From IMG/VR virus record IMGVR_UViG_3300032225_001565, positions 1 through 51,557 of that record: a stretch of DNA of 51,557 bases. One strand, 5' to 3'. This document shows positions 16,641-25,930 of the stretch, in pieces (the first letter of the stretch is position 1; the number at the start of each line of letters is the position of its first letter). The translations under genes were made by a program, and so were the position numbers. The notes below the pieces were generated by a model that was given only the letters and a program-made list of their open reading frames with translations, had not been told where the DNA came from and did not search any database. Source of the DNA: a virus. Taxonomy: Duplodnaviria > Caudoviricetes.

Positions 16641-18292
16641 CTTTCGGGATGGGCGATGGTTTCAAGATGGGTAATATGCGCCTGCGTCCAGACGACATAG
16701 CGGCGTCGGACGCCGACTTCCGTCCTGACCCGCTCGATGCGGAACTCTTTCTCGCCGGAGGCGGCCAGCATCCGCCGCTTGAGGGCCACCATCTCGCCCT
16801 CCAAGAGCCGCACCTTCCGGGTCTTCTGGATGTCCTCGAAGACCCGGTTCCATGAGAAGTAGAGTTCGTACTGCCCCTCGGCGTTTCGCACCCACGATGC
16901 CCTGCCTGACGGGTGCGGTGCCGAATCGTCCGACCCGGCCTCCGGCGTGGCCGTGCTGGAGAGGGCGTCTAGAAGCCAGCCCGCGACCTGAGCAAACCGC
17001 TGTTGCTCGGCCGGGGGCCATTCCTCCGTCTTCTCGTCCATGAGCTTGACCTTCAGCCCTCGCACCCGAGTGAACTGCTTTTCCCCCTCCTTCTTGAACG
17101 AGTAGCCGTTCCAGATTTTGGCCCACTCCTTGGGATTGGGGTCGGTCACGTCGGTCGTGCCGGTGGCCTCCAGAATCTTCCTGGCGACGGAGATAGGACT
17201 TGACCAGTCAGCGCTCGACAGGCTGACTTGGACGCAGTCGCTCTTGCCGTCGCTGTTGGCGACCACGGGGACGTGTAGCCGAAACTCCTTGGGGTCTGAG
17301 TGAACGACGGTCAGTTTCCACATCCCCGGAAACCACTCGGACCCGCGAAGCTCCAAACCGCTGGCGGCGTGGGCGTTCTGCTTCTTCGCCTTCTCGACCT
17401 TCTCGTCAGCGTCGGCATCGGTGCTCGCGATCTTTGTGGCCCCGGCGGCGCGGGCCTTCATGCCCCACCGAAGCTGGCCCATCCAGATGCTCTTCAGTTC
17501 GTTTTCCTCAAGCGGCGGGCTGCACTGCATCTTGTTCAAGGCCCGCATGACCATCAAGACGTTCTGCTGCTCGGCGGGGTCGTGTGGGTCGCGCATTCGC
17601 ATGACCTCCGACGAAATCCACGACACCATCGACGTGTGGCGTTCGCCCGTGCCGACGATCCGCTCGTAGATGGTGTTCTTCGTGATCGCCCCTTCCTCAC
17701 CCACATCGCCCTGGCAGGCCGCGATCACGGCCAAGACGAGTGCCTCGGGCATTGGCAGGGCTTCGACCTCGTCGGGGGAGCGGCCTTTGTCCCAGGTGTA
17801 GATGACGCCGCTGTGATGCCGGCTGGGCGGGATGATCGACTGGGTCTGCTTGCCACCGCCGCCGAATCGCACCTCCAGGCCGCCGATCTTTTTGACGCCC
17901 TTGGGGATGGCGATCAGCCGCTCGTCCAACAGCCAGAGCCGGTGGCCGCCGCGGTTCGACGAATAGCCCAGAGTCCTGGCATCGACGAGGCCGAACTTCT
18001 TGGCGGTCGCCAAGGATTTCTCGTCATCCCACTCCGTATCGACGATGCCGCTCGCCGCCCCCAGCGGAAGGCCGATGTTCCACGCCTCGCCGTTCTCAAA
18101 CCACGCCGCGATCGTCTCCTCGTCCTTAGTGGCGTGCGGCAGCCAGTCATGCTCGACGGGGTGCTTCCCCGGCGTGGCACAGCCGTGGCCGAGGTGGCAC
18201 ATGCACCGACCATCGACCATGCCGTAGTTCCGAACCATCGGCCAATCCAGTTCCGCCGCGTAGCGGGCGGCGGCCTTGAAGATGTCGCTCAT
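16619..18292 (-). CDS. Bifunctional primase-polymerase (Prim-Pol) with PriCT-like domain
   Basis: C.C...C..PGKHP, ATKD..TI..WF, NIG, D.E.D, RGGH, IPPS.H.SG..Y.W, GER...PPL...EL. Confidence 0.88.
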   Translation of the reverse strand: MSDIFKAAARYAAELDWPMVRNYGMVDGRCMCHLGHGCATPGKHPVEHDWLPHATKDEETIAAWFENGEAWNIGLPLGAASGIVDTEWDDEKSLATAKKFGLVDARTLGYSSNRGGHRLWLLDERLIAIPKGVKKIGGLEVRFGGGGKQTQSIIPPSRHHSGVIYTWDKGRSPDEVEALPMPEALVLAVIAACQGDVGEEGAITKNTIYERIVGTGERHTSMVSWISSEVMRMRDPHDPAEQQNVLMVMRALNKMQCSPPLEENELKSIWMGQLRWGMKARAAGATKIASTDADADEKVEKAKKQNAHAASGLELRGSEWFPGMWKLTVVHSDPKEFRLHVPVVANSDGKSDCVQVSLSSADWSSPISVARKILEATGTTDVTDPNPKEWAKIWNGYSFKKEGEKQFTRVRGLKVKLMDEKTEEWPPAEQQRFAQVAGWLLDALSSTATPEAGSDDSAPHPSGRASWVRNAEGQYELYFSWNRVFEDIQKTRKVRLLEGEMVALKRRMLAASGEKEFRIERVRTEVGVRRRYVVWTQAHITHLETIAHPESQPALIT

Positions 18293-18816
18293 GTTGTCCT
18301 CCGTGCTTGCCACTGAACCTTGTTTCCAGCTTCCTTCCACAAGCCCATCGACCGCGAGTTCGCAAGCGATCCGCAGTTGCCGTCGTGCGGCACGAAAAAC
18401 CGCAGGTCATAGTCGCCGCCGCCATCACCGTGGCCGATCATAAAGCGAGCAACGCTAGGATCGACGCCAAACCTGCCAGCACCGCAGACCCCAAGAGAAA
18501 CCTCCTCGTCCTTCTCGTGGTCATAAACGGAGCCGTACCCAACCTTGTATGCGAAGTGCCCCTCAAACTCTTCATCGCGAGAGTACGGCTTCACCTCGAC
18601 GTAGAGGTCGTGGTATCCGTTGCATTCAGAGTGGCTGCACGGGAACTTCAGGTAGAAGTCAGGCGTCCAGCCGTCGAAGTCGATCGGCTCGTATCGCCAC
18701 TCCCACCCAAGCAGGTCGAAGAACGCTGCCCACCTGGCCTAAAGCCGAGATCGGAACATCACGCCCGCATACTTCGTCGGGTGCGCCTTAATGGTGTACT
18801 GCACCGAAACCTCCAT
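18289..18816 (-). pseudogene. PD-(D/E)XK nuclease-like gene interrupted by in-frame TAG at 18739-18741
   Basis: KAHPT.Y.G..FRSRL*ARWAAFFD...W.YEP....W.PDF...VEVKP in one frame; the stop replaces the normally conserved Glu of FRSRLEARW. Confidence 0.75.
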
Positions 18817-18828
18817 GCTTCGTTGTGT

Positions 18829-18871
18829 AAGAAACCCTCCCCGGCCCCGCTGCTCGCGGGGGCCGGGGAGG
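18829..18871 (-). terminator. Putative intrinsic terminator
   Basis: About 15-bp GC stem (CCTCCCCGGCCCC..GGGGCCGGGGAGG) followed by GTTTCTT on the minus strand. Confidence 0.5.
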
Positions 18872-19004
18872 TCTAGTTCCGCCAGCCGGCATGGTGGGAA
18901 AGAGGCACCAGAGGCTCGGCCGACTTGCCGCGTTACTCGCCACCACGGCCTGGGCGACCGGCCCGCGAAGGTGCGGGTTTCGCGCCGCCGGCCCGGCGGC
19001 TGGA

Positions 19005-19790
19005 TCACTCGTCGTCCTGGCCGTCCTCGTCGAGCCGCTCGGCCGCCGCGGCACCCGCCGGGATCGCCGAGAACATCGCCGTCAGCGGCTCGGTGTAGAG
19101 CCGGCGGGCGATCTCACCCTGCTCCTCGGTGAGCATCCCCACGAGCCGCGGGACGATCATCGAGTACGGCTGGCCGGAACCACCCTTGGCCTTCTCGAGC
19201 TTCAGCCCGATCACGGCCTCGTGGAACAGGCACGGCAGCCGCATCCGAAACGGCCCCCACGACGCCAGCGAGCCGGGGCCGACCGTCACGAGCACCGGCC
19301 ACACATCGCCCTCGCGGAGGATCGCCAGGATGCGGCTCTCCTTGACCCGCTTCCCAGCCCCGCGGCCGGCACCGTAGCCGAACTCGGGCGACGCTGAGAG
19401 CGCCGTCCAGTCATAGCGACGGTCGCCGATCCGATACTTCTCGAGCGCCTTCGGGTCGATGCTGCCAAGGTCATCGCTGACCCGGTAGCCGACCAGCAGG
19501 TCGTTGCTGATCACCACCGGCCGCTGCTCGGTGGGGTCTTCGCTCGGCCACAAAGTGCCGCGCTTGGCCTCCCCGACCAGCAGGCCAACGATCTCATCGG
19601 CCGTCTCCTGATTCCCGTTCACGTCGAGCGTCCACTTCGTGGCGCCGCCCAGCGGGGTCTTCACCCGCACGAGGTCAGTCTCCCGCATCGCCCCGTCGCC
19701 CACGTTCTGGGCGATGATCTTCGCCAGACGCGAGTTGGGCGCGAACGCGGGGTAGTCGATCGTCCTCACAGTCGCAATCGCAGTTGTCAT
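19005..19790 (-). CDS. Putative ssDNA-binding/annealing protein
   Basis: Acidic C-terminal tail, RVK.P.GG..W motif, position in the replication module. Confidence 0.55.
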   Translation of the reverse strand: MTTAIATVRTIDYPAFAPNSRLAKIIAQNVGDGAMRETDLVRVKTPLGGATKWTLDVNGNQETADEIVGLLVGEAKRGTLWPSEDPTEQRPVVISNDLLVGYRVSDDLGSIDPKALEKYRIGDRRYDWTALSASPEFGYGAGRGAGKRVKESRILAILREGDVWPVLVTVGPGSLASWGPFRMRLPCLFHEAVIGLKLEKAKGGSGQPYSMIVPRLVGMLTEEQGEIARRLYTEPLTAMFSAIPAGAAAAERLDEDGQDDE

Positions 19791-19833
19791 GGGTGTTGTC
19801 CTTTCATGACGACTATCCGAACCAGGCACCACC

Positions 19834-20268
19834 TCAACGTGAGGTGACGTGCCGCAGAACCGGGCGAACGAACTCGCCCACCAAACCCTCGAACTCCGTC
19901 CCAGCCGAGTAGGGCTGGCGGGCATCCTTGCCCGCCGATTTCGCCCTCTCGGTCAACTCAGCTTTGAGCCGAGCCGTGTTCACCTGCGTGACCGCATCCA
20001 GCAGCCCCGCACGTCGGGCGGCCTCCATTACCGCCTCCTTTCGCGCCTCCGGCGCAGAGAACGAGTGACTCCACTCGATTCTCCAACTCCTCCCTGCGGC
20101 CTTGACTCCATCCAATCGGCCGTTCGTCATCTCCTTGATCGCGATGCCCTCGAGGTGAGCACGCTTTTCCTTGAGCGTGTCGATCTTGTCGTTCAACTCC
20201 TTGACCTGCGCGTCGATCTCGCTGATCTCAGCGAGTGCGCGTTGCAGCGTATCCGTCGATGATTGCAC
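19834..20268 (-). CDS. Coiled-coil hypothetical replication-module protein
   Basis: GTG start after AAGGAGG; N-terminal coiled coil, VN.A.LKA motif. Confidence 0.7.
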   Translation of the reverse strand: MQSSTDTLQRALAEISEIDAQVKELNDKIDTLKEKRAHLEGIAIKEMTNGRLDGVKAAGRSWRIEWSHSFSAPEARKEAVMEAARRAGLLDAVTQVNTARLKAELTERAKSAGKDARQPYSAGTEFEGLVGEFVRPVLRHVTSR

Positions 20269-21610
20269 TGACGACCTCCTTGCGTTCCCTAAGTGCCTCA
20301 TACACGCGGCCGTCCACCGTGGAGCGGCCGTTGGCTGTTGCGGTCAGGTGGTAGATGACAGTGCGTCGCTCTTGACCAGGGCGATGCAGTCGGGCCACGG
20401 CCTGCTCGTATTCTGCGAGACTGTAGCCTAGCGAGTAGAAGACGGCGTATGCCGCGCGGGTCAGATCGATGCCGATGCCGCCCGACTGAATCTGGGCGAT
20501 GAGCACCGAGGTCTTGCCGGCCTGCCAGTCCGCGAGTTCGTTGCGTGCTCCAGAGAGTTCGCTGACGGTTCGCTCCGCGGCATTCGCCGCAGAGCGAACG
20601 GCCAGGATGTCACTGGTGAACCTGCAAAAAACCACGAACGGCTCGTCTATGGGGGAATCCTCCAGCATATCGGCGAAGCGCGCGGCCTTGGCGGGGTTGC
20701 CGTCAGAAATCTGTTGCGCTGTCGCATTGCCGTCGAAACGGACGTATCCGCCGCAGATTTGCTGGAGCCGCAGCAGTTGCACCAGGGCATTGGCTGGCGT
20801 GACCGTGCCTGCCTCGCAGACGGCACAGAACTCACGCTCCACGTCGCGGTACAGCCTTGCCTCGGCCGGAGACAATTCGACCGGCTCGTCAATGAACTGG
20901 ATCGGCGGCAGGTCGAGCACGTCCTCGCTCCTGATGCGGTGCGTCGTCGCGGCGATCTTGGCGTGGGCCTCGGGCAGGTTCTTGTAGGCCACGACCATGC
21001 CCGGCTGGTGCGGGTTCATCACGGCGTACTTGGCCCGGTGCATCGTGAAAGTGTGGCCGAACGTCGTCAGGTCTGGGGACTCGAGGCTGCGGTAGATCGC
21101 CCATACGTCGAGGATGCTGTGCGGAACGAGCGTCCCCGACAGGCCGTAGCGGCGAGCCTTGGTATTCTTCTTGCTCATCCGACCGGCCCACCGGCTGGCC
21201 GCGCCGCTGGGAGCCTTGAGGCGGTGAACCTCATCCCACACGAGCACGTCCCACTTGGCCTTCTCAAGCTCGTCGAGCCGCCAGGCCGACTCGTAGTTGA
21301 TCACTACGATCACGGGCGACAGGTCGGCCATCGCGTGGGCGAACTGCTTCTGCTTCTTCGCCTTCGTCGTGCCGTCAAGCAGGACGATGCGAACGTGCGG
21401 ACACCAGAGGCTGACCTGCTTCTTCCAGGCCGGCATCACGGCCTTCGGGCAGCACACGAGAATGCGAGTCGCCGAGAGTTCAGCGATGCAGCGGAGGATC
21501 AGAGCCAGCGTAGTCGCCGTCTTCCCCGACCCCATGCCGTGGTGGAGGATCGCCCAGGCTCGGCCCCAGGCCCAGTCCACCGCGTCCTGCTGGTGCTTCC
21601 ACAAGTCCAT
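20228..21610 (-). CDS. SNF2-family SF2 helicase
   Basis: MGSGKT, INYES, DEVH, LSGT, GGIGIDLT, QAVARLHRPGQ. Confidence 0.93.
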   Translation of the reverse strand: MDLWKHQQDAVDWAWGRAWAILHHGMGSGKTATTLALILRCIAELSATRILVCCPKAVMPAWKKQVSLWCPHVRIVLLDGTTKAKKQKQFAHAMADLSPVIVVINYESAWRLDELEKAKWDVLVWDEVHRLKAPSGAASRWAGRMSKKNTKARRYGLSGTLVPHSILDVWAIYRSLESPDLTTFGHTFTMHRAKYAVMNPHQPGMVVAYKNLPEAHAKIAATTHRIRSEDVLDLPPIQFIDEPVELSPAEARLYRDVEREFCAVCEAGTVTPANALVQLLRLQQICGGYVRFDGNATAQQISDGNPAKAARFADMLEDSPIDEPFVVFCRFTSDILAVRSAANAAERTVSELSGARNELADWQAGKTSVLIAQIQSGGIGIDLTRAAYAVFYSLGYSLAEYEQAVARLHRPGQERRTVIYHLTATANGRSTVDGRVYEALRERKEVVSAIIDGYAATRTR

Positions 21611-21661
21611 CGCTGCCCTCTCCTTGGCGGCGGATGAACTTATCGGCAGCGTGTCTTCACG

Positions 21662-22234
21662 TCAAGACAATTTTCTTGGCCGCCCAACTTTGCCGCCGGC
21701 CGTCTGGAGCGCCCGCACTTTGGCGACGTTGTTAAGGCAGCTTCGCCGCGACAGGATGAACTGCCGGCCGACGGTGGAGGTGCGGCGCTGGCCCCAGGCC
21801 ATCCGCCCCACGATATCTCCCTTGGCGACCATGCGACCAATGAAGGAGGGGTGGACACTCAAGATTTTGGCCGCCTCGGCCACGCCGATCGCGTCGCCGA
21901 ATGGGATCGGGGTCTGGACGGCTCGCAGAGCCTTGAGGACGGCGGGCCGGAGGTCAAGGCACGACCGTGGCCGCCGGCCGACGGGGTCGGTGGGGTCGGC
22001 CTTCCTATCCTCGTAGTCAAGGTAGTCCCGCTCGCACTCCTGCCCGTCGAAAATCGCCTGCCGGCGGGTGCCGGAAGCCGAGTAGACCTGATCCATGACC
22101 TGGGCGGTCAAAAATCCCTTGGAGACCATTTTGGCCGGGGTTGAGAAATGCACCCCCATGATCGCAGCCGCCTCATATGTCCCGACGGCCTGCTTTGTCT
22201 CCGGGGCGGGTTTTTGCCGCATTTTGCCGCCCAC
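21662..22234 (-). CDS. Tandem-HTH DNA-binding protein (regulator/Xis-like)
   Basis: Two similar HTH units (VGTYEAAAIMGVH / IGVAEAAKILSVH) and a C-terminal GRPRK AT-hook-like motif; divergent from the integrase unit. Confidence 0.7.
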   Translation of the reverse strand: MGGKMRQKPAPETKQAVGTYEAAAIMGVHFSTPAKMVSKGFLTAQVMDQVYSASGTRRQAIFDGQECERDYLDYEDRKADPTDPVGRRPRSCLDLRPAVLKALRAVQTPIPFGDAIGVAEAAKILSVHPSFIGRMVAKGDIVGRMAWGQRRTSTVGRQFILSRRSCLNNVAKVRALQTAGGKVGRPRKLS

Positions 22235-22312
22235 TTGATTCTCGATTTGCAGTGGAGGATAGGGGATTCGTATCCTTCACCGCCATGACCCGCAAGAAAG
22301 GAGTCTTCACTC

Positions 22313-22540
22313 ATGGCTGGTACGGATTGTCGCCTCGGAAAAACCATTGTTCAAGTCAAACTCACCAAAGAGCAGGTCAAAGCCCTGTTTTCGGCGGTCA
22401 ACACCGCCGGCAGGCTTTCCGCCGGCCGGATATGCCGCCACGACCGCGAGCAGGAGTGCGCCCTTCTCGCCGCCATCGACGCGCTTGAGCAGGCCAGCGG
22501 CTTGTGTCAGGCCGACGCGGACGAGTGGCTGCTCGACTAG
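22313..22540 (+). CDS. Hypothetical protein (75 aa)
   Basis: AAGGAG RBS in hairpin AAGA-AAGGAG-TCTT. Confidence 0.6.
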   Translation: MAGTDCRLGKTIVQVKLTKEQVKALFSAVNTAGRLSAGRICRHDREQECALLAAIDALEQASGLCQADADEWLLD

Positions 22541-22651
22541 CACGACCAGCTCGACCGTTTTAATTGGCTGTCAACTTTGTGGACTCCAACTTGGTGAGCA
22601 CTTGCCCCAATTGAGGTATAGCGCATCATCCCTCTACGCAGCGGTGATGCC

Positions 22652-23500
22652 ATGACACTTGAGGAACTGCTTGACGGGTACTACGTCCCCCTCTGCGGGG
22701 TGTCTGCGCGAACGGAGAAACTCTACCGCTACACGATCCGCGCCTTCGGCGAGCACTTGGGCAGGACGGCGACGGTGGCCGATCTTGAGGAGTTGACGGT
22801 CGCGCGGTTCTTGTCGGCCAGGCTGCGTGATAAGGCCGTCGCCACGGCCGCGAAGGATGCCACGCAGTGCCGCGCTCTCTGGGGGTTCGCAGCCCGCCGT
22901 GGCCTCACCGCCCAGTGGCCGCAGATTCGCCGCATCCGCGTGCCGGAGCGGGTGCCGCAGGCGTGGCTGACCGACGAGTTGCAGCGTCTGCTCGACGCCG
23001 CCAGCCAGCGGGAGGGGACGATTGCCGGCGTGCCGGCCCGCCTCTGGTGGCGGTCGATGATCCTCGCGTGCTACGAGGTCGGCGAGCGGTGCGCGGCCAT
23101 GCTGGCCGTCGAGTGGCGGGACTTGTCGCCAGACGGCATCCACCTGCGCGCCGAGACGAGGAAGGGGGCGACCCGCGACCTCTGGCGGCCGATCTCGCCG
23201 GAGTGCTACGCCGCCATCCAGGCGACGAGGACGAGCCGGATTCTGGTGTGGGAGTGGGATCGCTGCTACACCAGCTTGTGGGGTCACCTGGGGAAGATTT
23301 GCAAGGCCGCCGGCCTGCCGAACGACCGCTGGAGCAAGTTCCACCGCATTCGGAAGACGCACGCCTCCTACGCCGCCGCCGCGGGCCTCGATGCCCAGCG
23401 GCTGCTTGATCACGCCTCGCCGAAGACGACCAGGGCGTACCTCGACCCCCGGATCGTGAAGCCGCCGTCGGCGCCAGATGTTCTGCCGAAGGTGGGATGA
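22652..23500 (+). CDS. int: Tyrosine recombinase/integrase
   Basis: Catalytic R (GER), K (TRKG), H-x-x-R (FHRIRK), H (LDHAS), Y (TRAYL); SAM-like core-binding N-terminus. Confidence 0.9.
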   Translation: MTLEELLDGYYVPLCGVSARTEKLYRYTIRAFGEHLGRTATVADLEELTVARFLSARLRDKAVATAAKDATQCRALWGFAARRGLTAQWPQIRRIRVPERVPQAWLTDELQRLLDAASQREGTIAGVPARLWWRSMILACYEVGERCAAMLAVEWRDLSPDGIHLRAETRKGATRDLWRPISPECYAAIQATRTSRILVWEWDRCYTSLWGHLGKICKAAGLPNDRWSKFHRIRKTHASYAAAAGLDAQRLLDHASPKTTRAYLDPRIVKPPSAPDVLPKVG

Positions 23501-23503
23501 AGG

Positions 23504-23740
23504 TCAGCGCGTTGGCGGGGCCGGGAGCGGCATCCACGCCACCGGCTCGGCCACAACATCTTCACCATCAGTGAATCGCGGCCCGTTCTCGTCCTGCCTC
23601 CAAAACGTGGCTGGCGTCACGCCCAGCCTCTTGAGCCGTGTCCACTTGTGCCGGGCGTTTGACCAATCGTAGCGCCGGTGGGCGACGATGACTTGCTCGC
23701 CCCACTTCGGCAACTGCTTTTCCACGCTGATCCATTTCAT
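23504..23740 (-). CDS. DUF551-like protein
   Basis: MKWISVEKQLP...VAWMPLPAPP. Confidence 0.8.
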   Translation of the reverse strand: MKWISVEKQLPKWGEQVIVAHRRYDWSNARHKWTRLKRLGVTPATFWRQDENGPRFTDGEDVVAEPVAWMPLPAPPTR

Positions 23741-24003
23741 CGGCTCGTTCTCTCCAGCAGCCCCCACAGCGTCTTCGCCGTGTCCACGCATGATGTGTCC
23801 GCACAGTGGATCGCCACTCGTTCTATAGCCTCCCTCTCCTCGTCAGTGAGCGTGAACGGCGTCAGCGTGCAGTGCTGCGTCACGGTGCCTGTGACGTATG
23901 GGCAGGGCTGCGACCGCAGCCGCTCGATCTCGGCGTGCATCCGCCGCTCCTCTGGCGTGCAGTCGCAGTTCATTTGCTTCTGGTCGCAGATCGGGCAAGC
24001 CAT
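23737..24003 (-). CDS. Hypothetical Cys-rich protein
   Basis: EIERLR...LTDEEREAI motif; ATGA overlap. Confidence 0.65.
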   Translation of the reverse strand: MACPICDQKQMNCDCTPEERRMHAEIERLRSQPCPYVTGTVTQHCTLTPFTLTDEEREAIERVAIHCADTSCVDTAKTLWGLLERTSR

Positions 24004-24021
24004 CTCGTTTCGCCTCTTCGC

Positions 24022-24249
24022 TCACTTATGCTGCGGCACCCGCGCCGGCGGCGTCGGGTGGTCAATCCCGTACATAGCATTCCCCATCACCCGCACCTCG
24101 CTCGAGTCGATGTGGACGACGGCGCCGGTGTCGAACTGATGGACGATCCAGACGGTATTGATGCTCGGCCCGTAGTCGATCAGAAACAGCGCGTGGCCCT
24201 CGCCCAGCGGGGTCGTGACCCAGATCGGCGGGCTGCACTGATGGATCAC
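24022..24249 (-). CDS. Conserved phage hypothetical protein
   Basis: PPIWVTTPLGEGHALFLIDYG...N.VW motif. Confidence 0.75.
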   Translation of the reverse strand: MIHQCSPPIWVTTPLGEGHALFLIDYGPSINTVWIVHQFDTGAVVHIDSSEVRVMGNAMYGIDHPTPPARVPQHK

Positions 24250-24422
24250 GGCTTCACCTTCCGCGGCTTGCCGGGGTAGAGCGGCGTGATCGTGGAGGGC
24301 TGGCCGAGCCAGCGGCAGTATTGAGCTTCCTGCTCGGCCTCTCGCTTGAAGCGAAAAAATTCGCGGTGCTCTGCGTAGCCATTCTGCTGGAAGAGGTACG
24401 CGATCGGGCGGCGCTTCTTCAT
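24246..24422 (-). CDS. Hypothetical protein (58 aa; not in ORF track)
   Basis: MKKRRPIAYLFQ...KVKP, GTGA overlap with the downstream gene. Confidence 0.5.
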   Translation of the reverse strand: MKKRRPIAYLFQQNGYAEHREFFRFKREAEQEAQYCRWLGQPSTITPLYPGKPRKVKP

Positions 24423-24452
24423 GCCGGCTGCCTCGTTGTGTGGCAGAGTAGC

Positions 24453-24656
24453 CTACGAGATTGCCGCCTGACCGTCAACAAGCCGCAGTTTTGCCAGTTC
24501 TGCCGTCAACCGCTCGATCTCGTCGGCCGCCTGGACGAGTGCCTCGCGTTGCTGCCTCTGCGTCCGCTCGGCGTGGGCGAGCCGGTCGGCCAGGTCTGTC
24601 CCCATGTGATAGGAGGCCAGGAGCCGCAGGTGGTTGGTGAGTTCAAGGCCGGTCAT
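24453..24656 (-). CDS. Hypothetical protein (AADEIERL motif)
   Basis: Common small phage protein motif. Confidence 0.6.
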   Translation of the reverse strand: MTGLELTNHLRLLASYHMGTDLADRLAHAERTQRQQREALVQAADEIERLTAELAKLRLVDGQAAIS

Positions 24657-24683
24657 GCCTGCCAGCCTACACGCGGCGTGAAT

Positions 24684-24971
24684 CTAGTCTACGGCAGGCA
24701 GCGTAGACACTGGCAAGTACGCCGCCGCGTCGATCTCCTCCACCGCACCGCTGGAAAGCAGTTGCGGCAGGAGCGTGGCCGCAGGCTCCCAAGTCACGAA
24801 CTCGTCCTTCACGGCGAGCAGCAGCCGCCCAGCAGCGTCGCGCGGGGCGACGGCGGCGGGATCGAAGCAGGTGATGATGCTGCCGTCGGCCTTTGGATGG
24901 CCCCACGCAGCATCCAGTTGCAGGCGAATGGATTCGTACAGCGCAACGTCTGATGTGCGATAGAACTTCAT
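24684..24971 (-). CDS. Hypothetical protein, possible fibre accessory
   Basis: ATGA overlap with the LamG gene stop. Confidence 0.7.
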   Translation of the reverse strand: MKFYRTSDVALYESIRLQLDAAWGHPKADGSIITCFDPAAVAPRDAAGRLLLAVKDEFVTWEPAATLLPQLLSSGAVEEIDAAAYLPVSTLPAVD

Positions 24972-25711
24972 GCGACTGCGATGCCCCACTTTTTGCCAAG
25001 GTACTTCTCAATCTTGCTGCGGTCGGAAGCCGAAATCGCCCGGTCATAGCACAGCACTTCGCCAATCCATCCGCTCAGGTTGAACGTGCCAGAACCATAC
25101 CCGCCGACGGCCTTGATGGTCGTGGCCTTCGGTGCTGTGGCATAGGTCGCCCCGTTGACGTAGCTGCTCCGCTGTGTCCCGTCTACATACACAAAGAGTC
25201 CAGCCGAAGTCCGCACAGCAGACAAGACCAGCGGGCCAGTGGGCGTGGTCGATGCTGAAGAGTATTGAATCCGCAACCGCTCGACACCCTCCGTGAATCC
25301 GCCAAATGACACGTCGATCAGCTTGGCGGACGATGGCACAGTGTTGAAACCGTGACCATTACCCTGGTCAGACAGGAACGAGCGGTCGCCTGTCTGGTTC
25401 GAAGTCTGCGCCGCCGCAATGATGTATGTCTCGTCTGTGCGGCTGACGCCAGTGAACGTCATCAAGTCGTTAACGCCGTCAAACAGAACAGCGGTCTTGC
25501 CATTCACAGTGGTCGTAGTTGGCTGATTGTTCGCCGTTGTTTGCGTGGCGTTCATCCCCTGCGGGCTTTTGTCAGCCCAGGTCGTGACCGAACTGCCTGA
25601 CAGTGTGAGCGTTGAGGTATCTGAAGCATCAAGCCATTGCACAAGGCCCGCAATGCTCTTGGGGTTGAACCCGCTAGCAATCGGTCGCAGCGTCCGGTTG
25701 TTCATCGCCAT
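24968..25711 (-). CDS. Concanavalin A/LamG-like lectin domain protein (virion accessory)
   Basis: GL..WLDASD, W.DKS, Q.T..NQP, FDG.ND, YVDG, G.IGEVL.YDRAIS...YL..KWGI. Confidence 0.82.
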   Translation of the reverse strand: MAMNNRTLRPIASGFNPKSIAGLVQWLDASDTSTLTLSGSSVTTWADKSPQGMNATQTTANNQPTTTTVNGKTAVLFDGVNDLMTFTGVSRTDETYIIAAAQTSNQTGDRSFLSDQGNGHGFNTVPSSAKLIDVSFGGFTEGVERLRIQYSSASTTPTGPLVLSAVRTSAGLFVYVDGTQRSSYVNGATYATAPKATTIKAVGGYGSGTFNLSGWIGEVLCYDRAISASDRSKIEKYLGKKWGIAVA

Positions 25712-25761
25712 GTGAATGCCCTCAGTTCTGCCCGTCTTCAAGCTCTTTATGGGCGCTACCG

Positions 25762-25920
25762 TCACGCAAACGCCAATGTGAACGATACCTGGCAGCCAGC
25801 CGCACCGCAGTCCAGCACCTCTACAACGAAGGTGTTCGTAGCGGGGAACACCAGCGTGTGCGTGCTAGAGTTCTTCAGGTTGACCTTGCCGCCGGATACG
25901 CTTGATTTTTGGTATGGCAT
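25762..25920 (-). CDS. Hypothetical protein (52 aa; not in ORF track)
   Basis: MPYQKSSV...TLAFA fills the gap between two minus-strand genes. Confidence 0.4.
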   Translation of the reverse strand: MPYQKSSVSGGKVNLKNSSTHTLVFPATNTFVVEVLDCGAAGCQVSFTLAFA

Positions 25921-25930
25921 CTGTTTCTTA

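Noticed and set aside
18739-18741. Genome-wide TAG recoding (code 15)
   Set aside because: Long conserved genes have no internal TAG, many genes end in TAG, the expected residue is Glu not Gln, and no suppressor tRNA was seen.
18822-19004. tRNA gene
   Set aside because: No cloverleaf with T-loop GTTCRA and D-loop was found here or in the other intergenic gaps inspected.
22541-22651. attP site
   Set aside because: The location is plausible, but no tRNA-like core or arm repeats can be identified without a host sequence.
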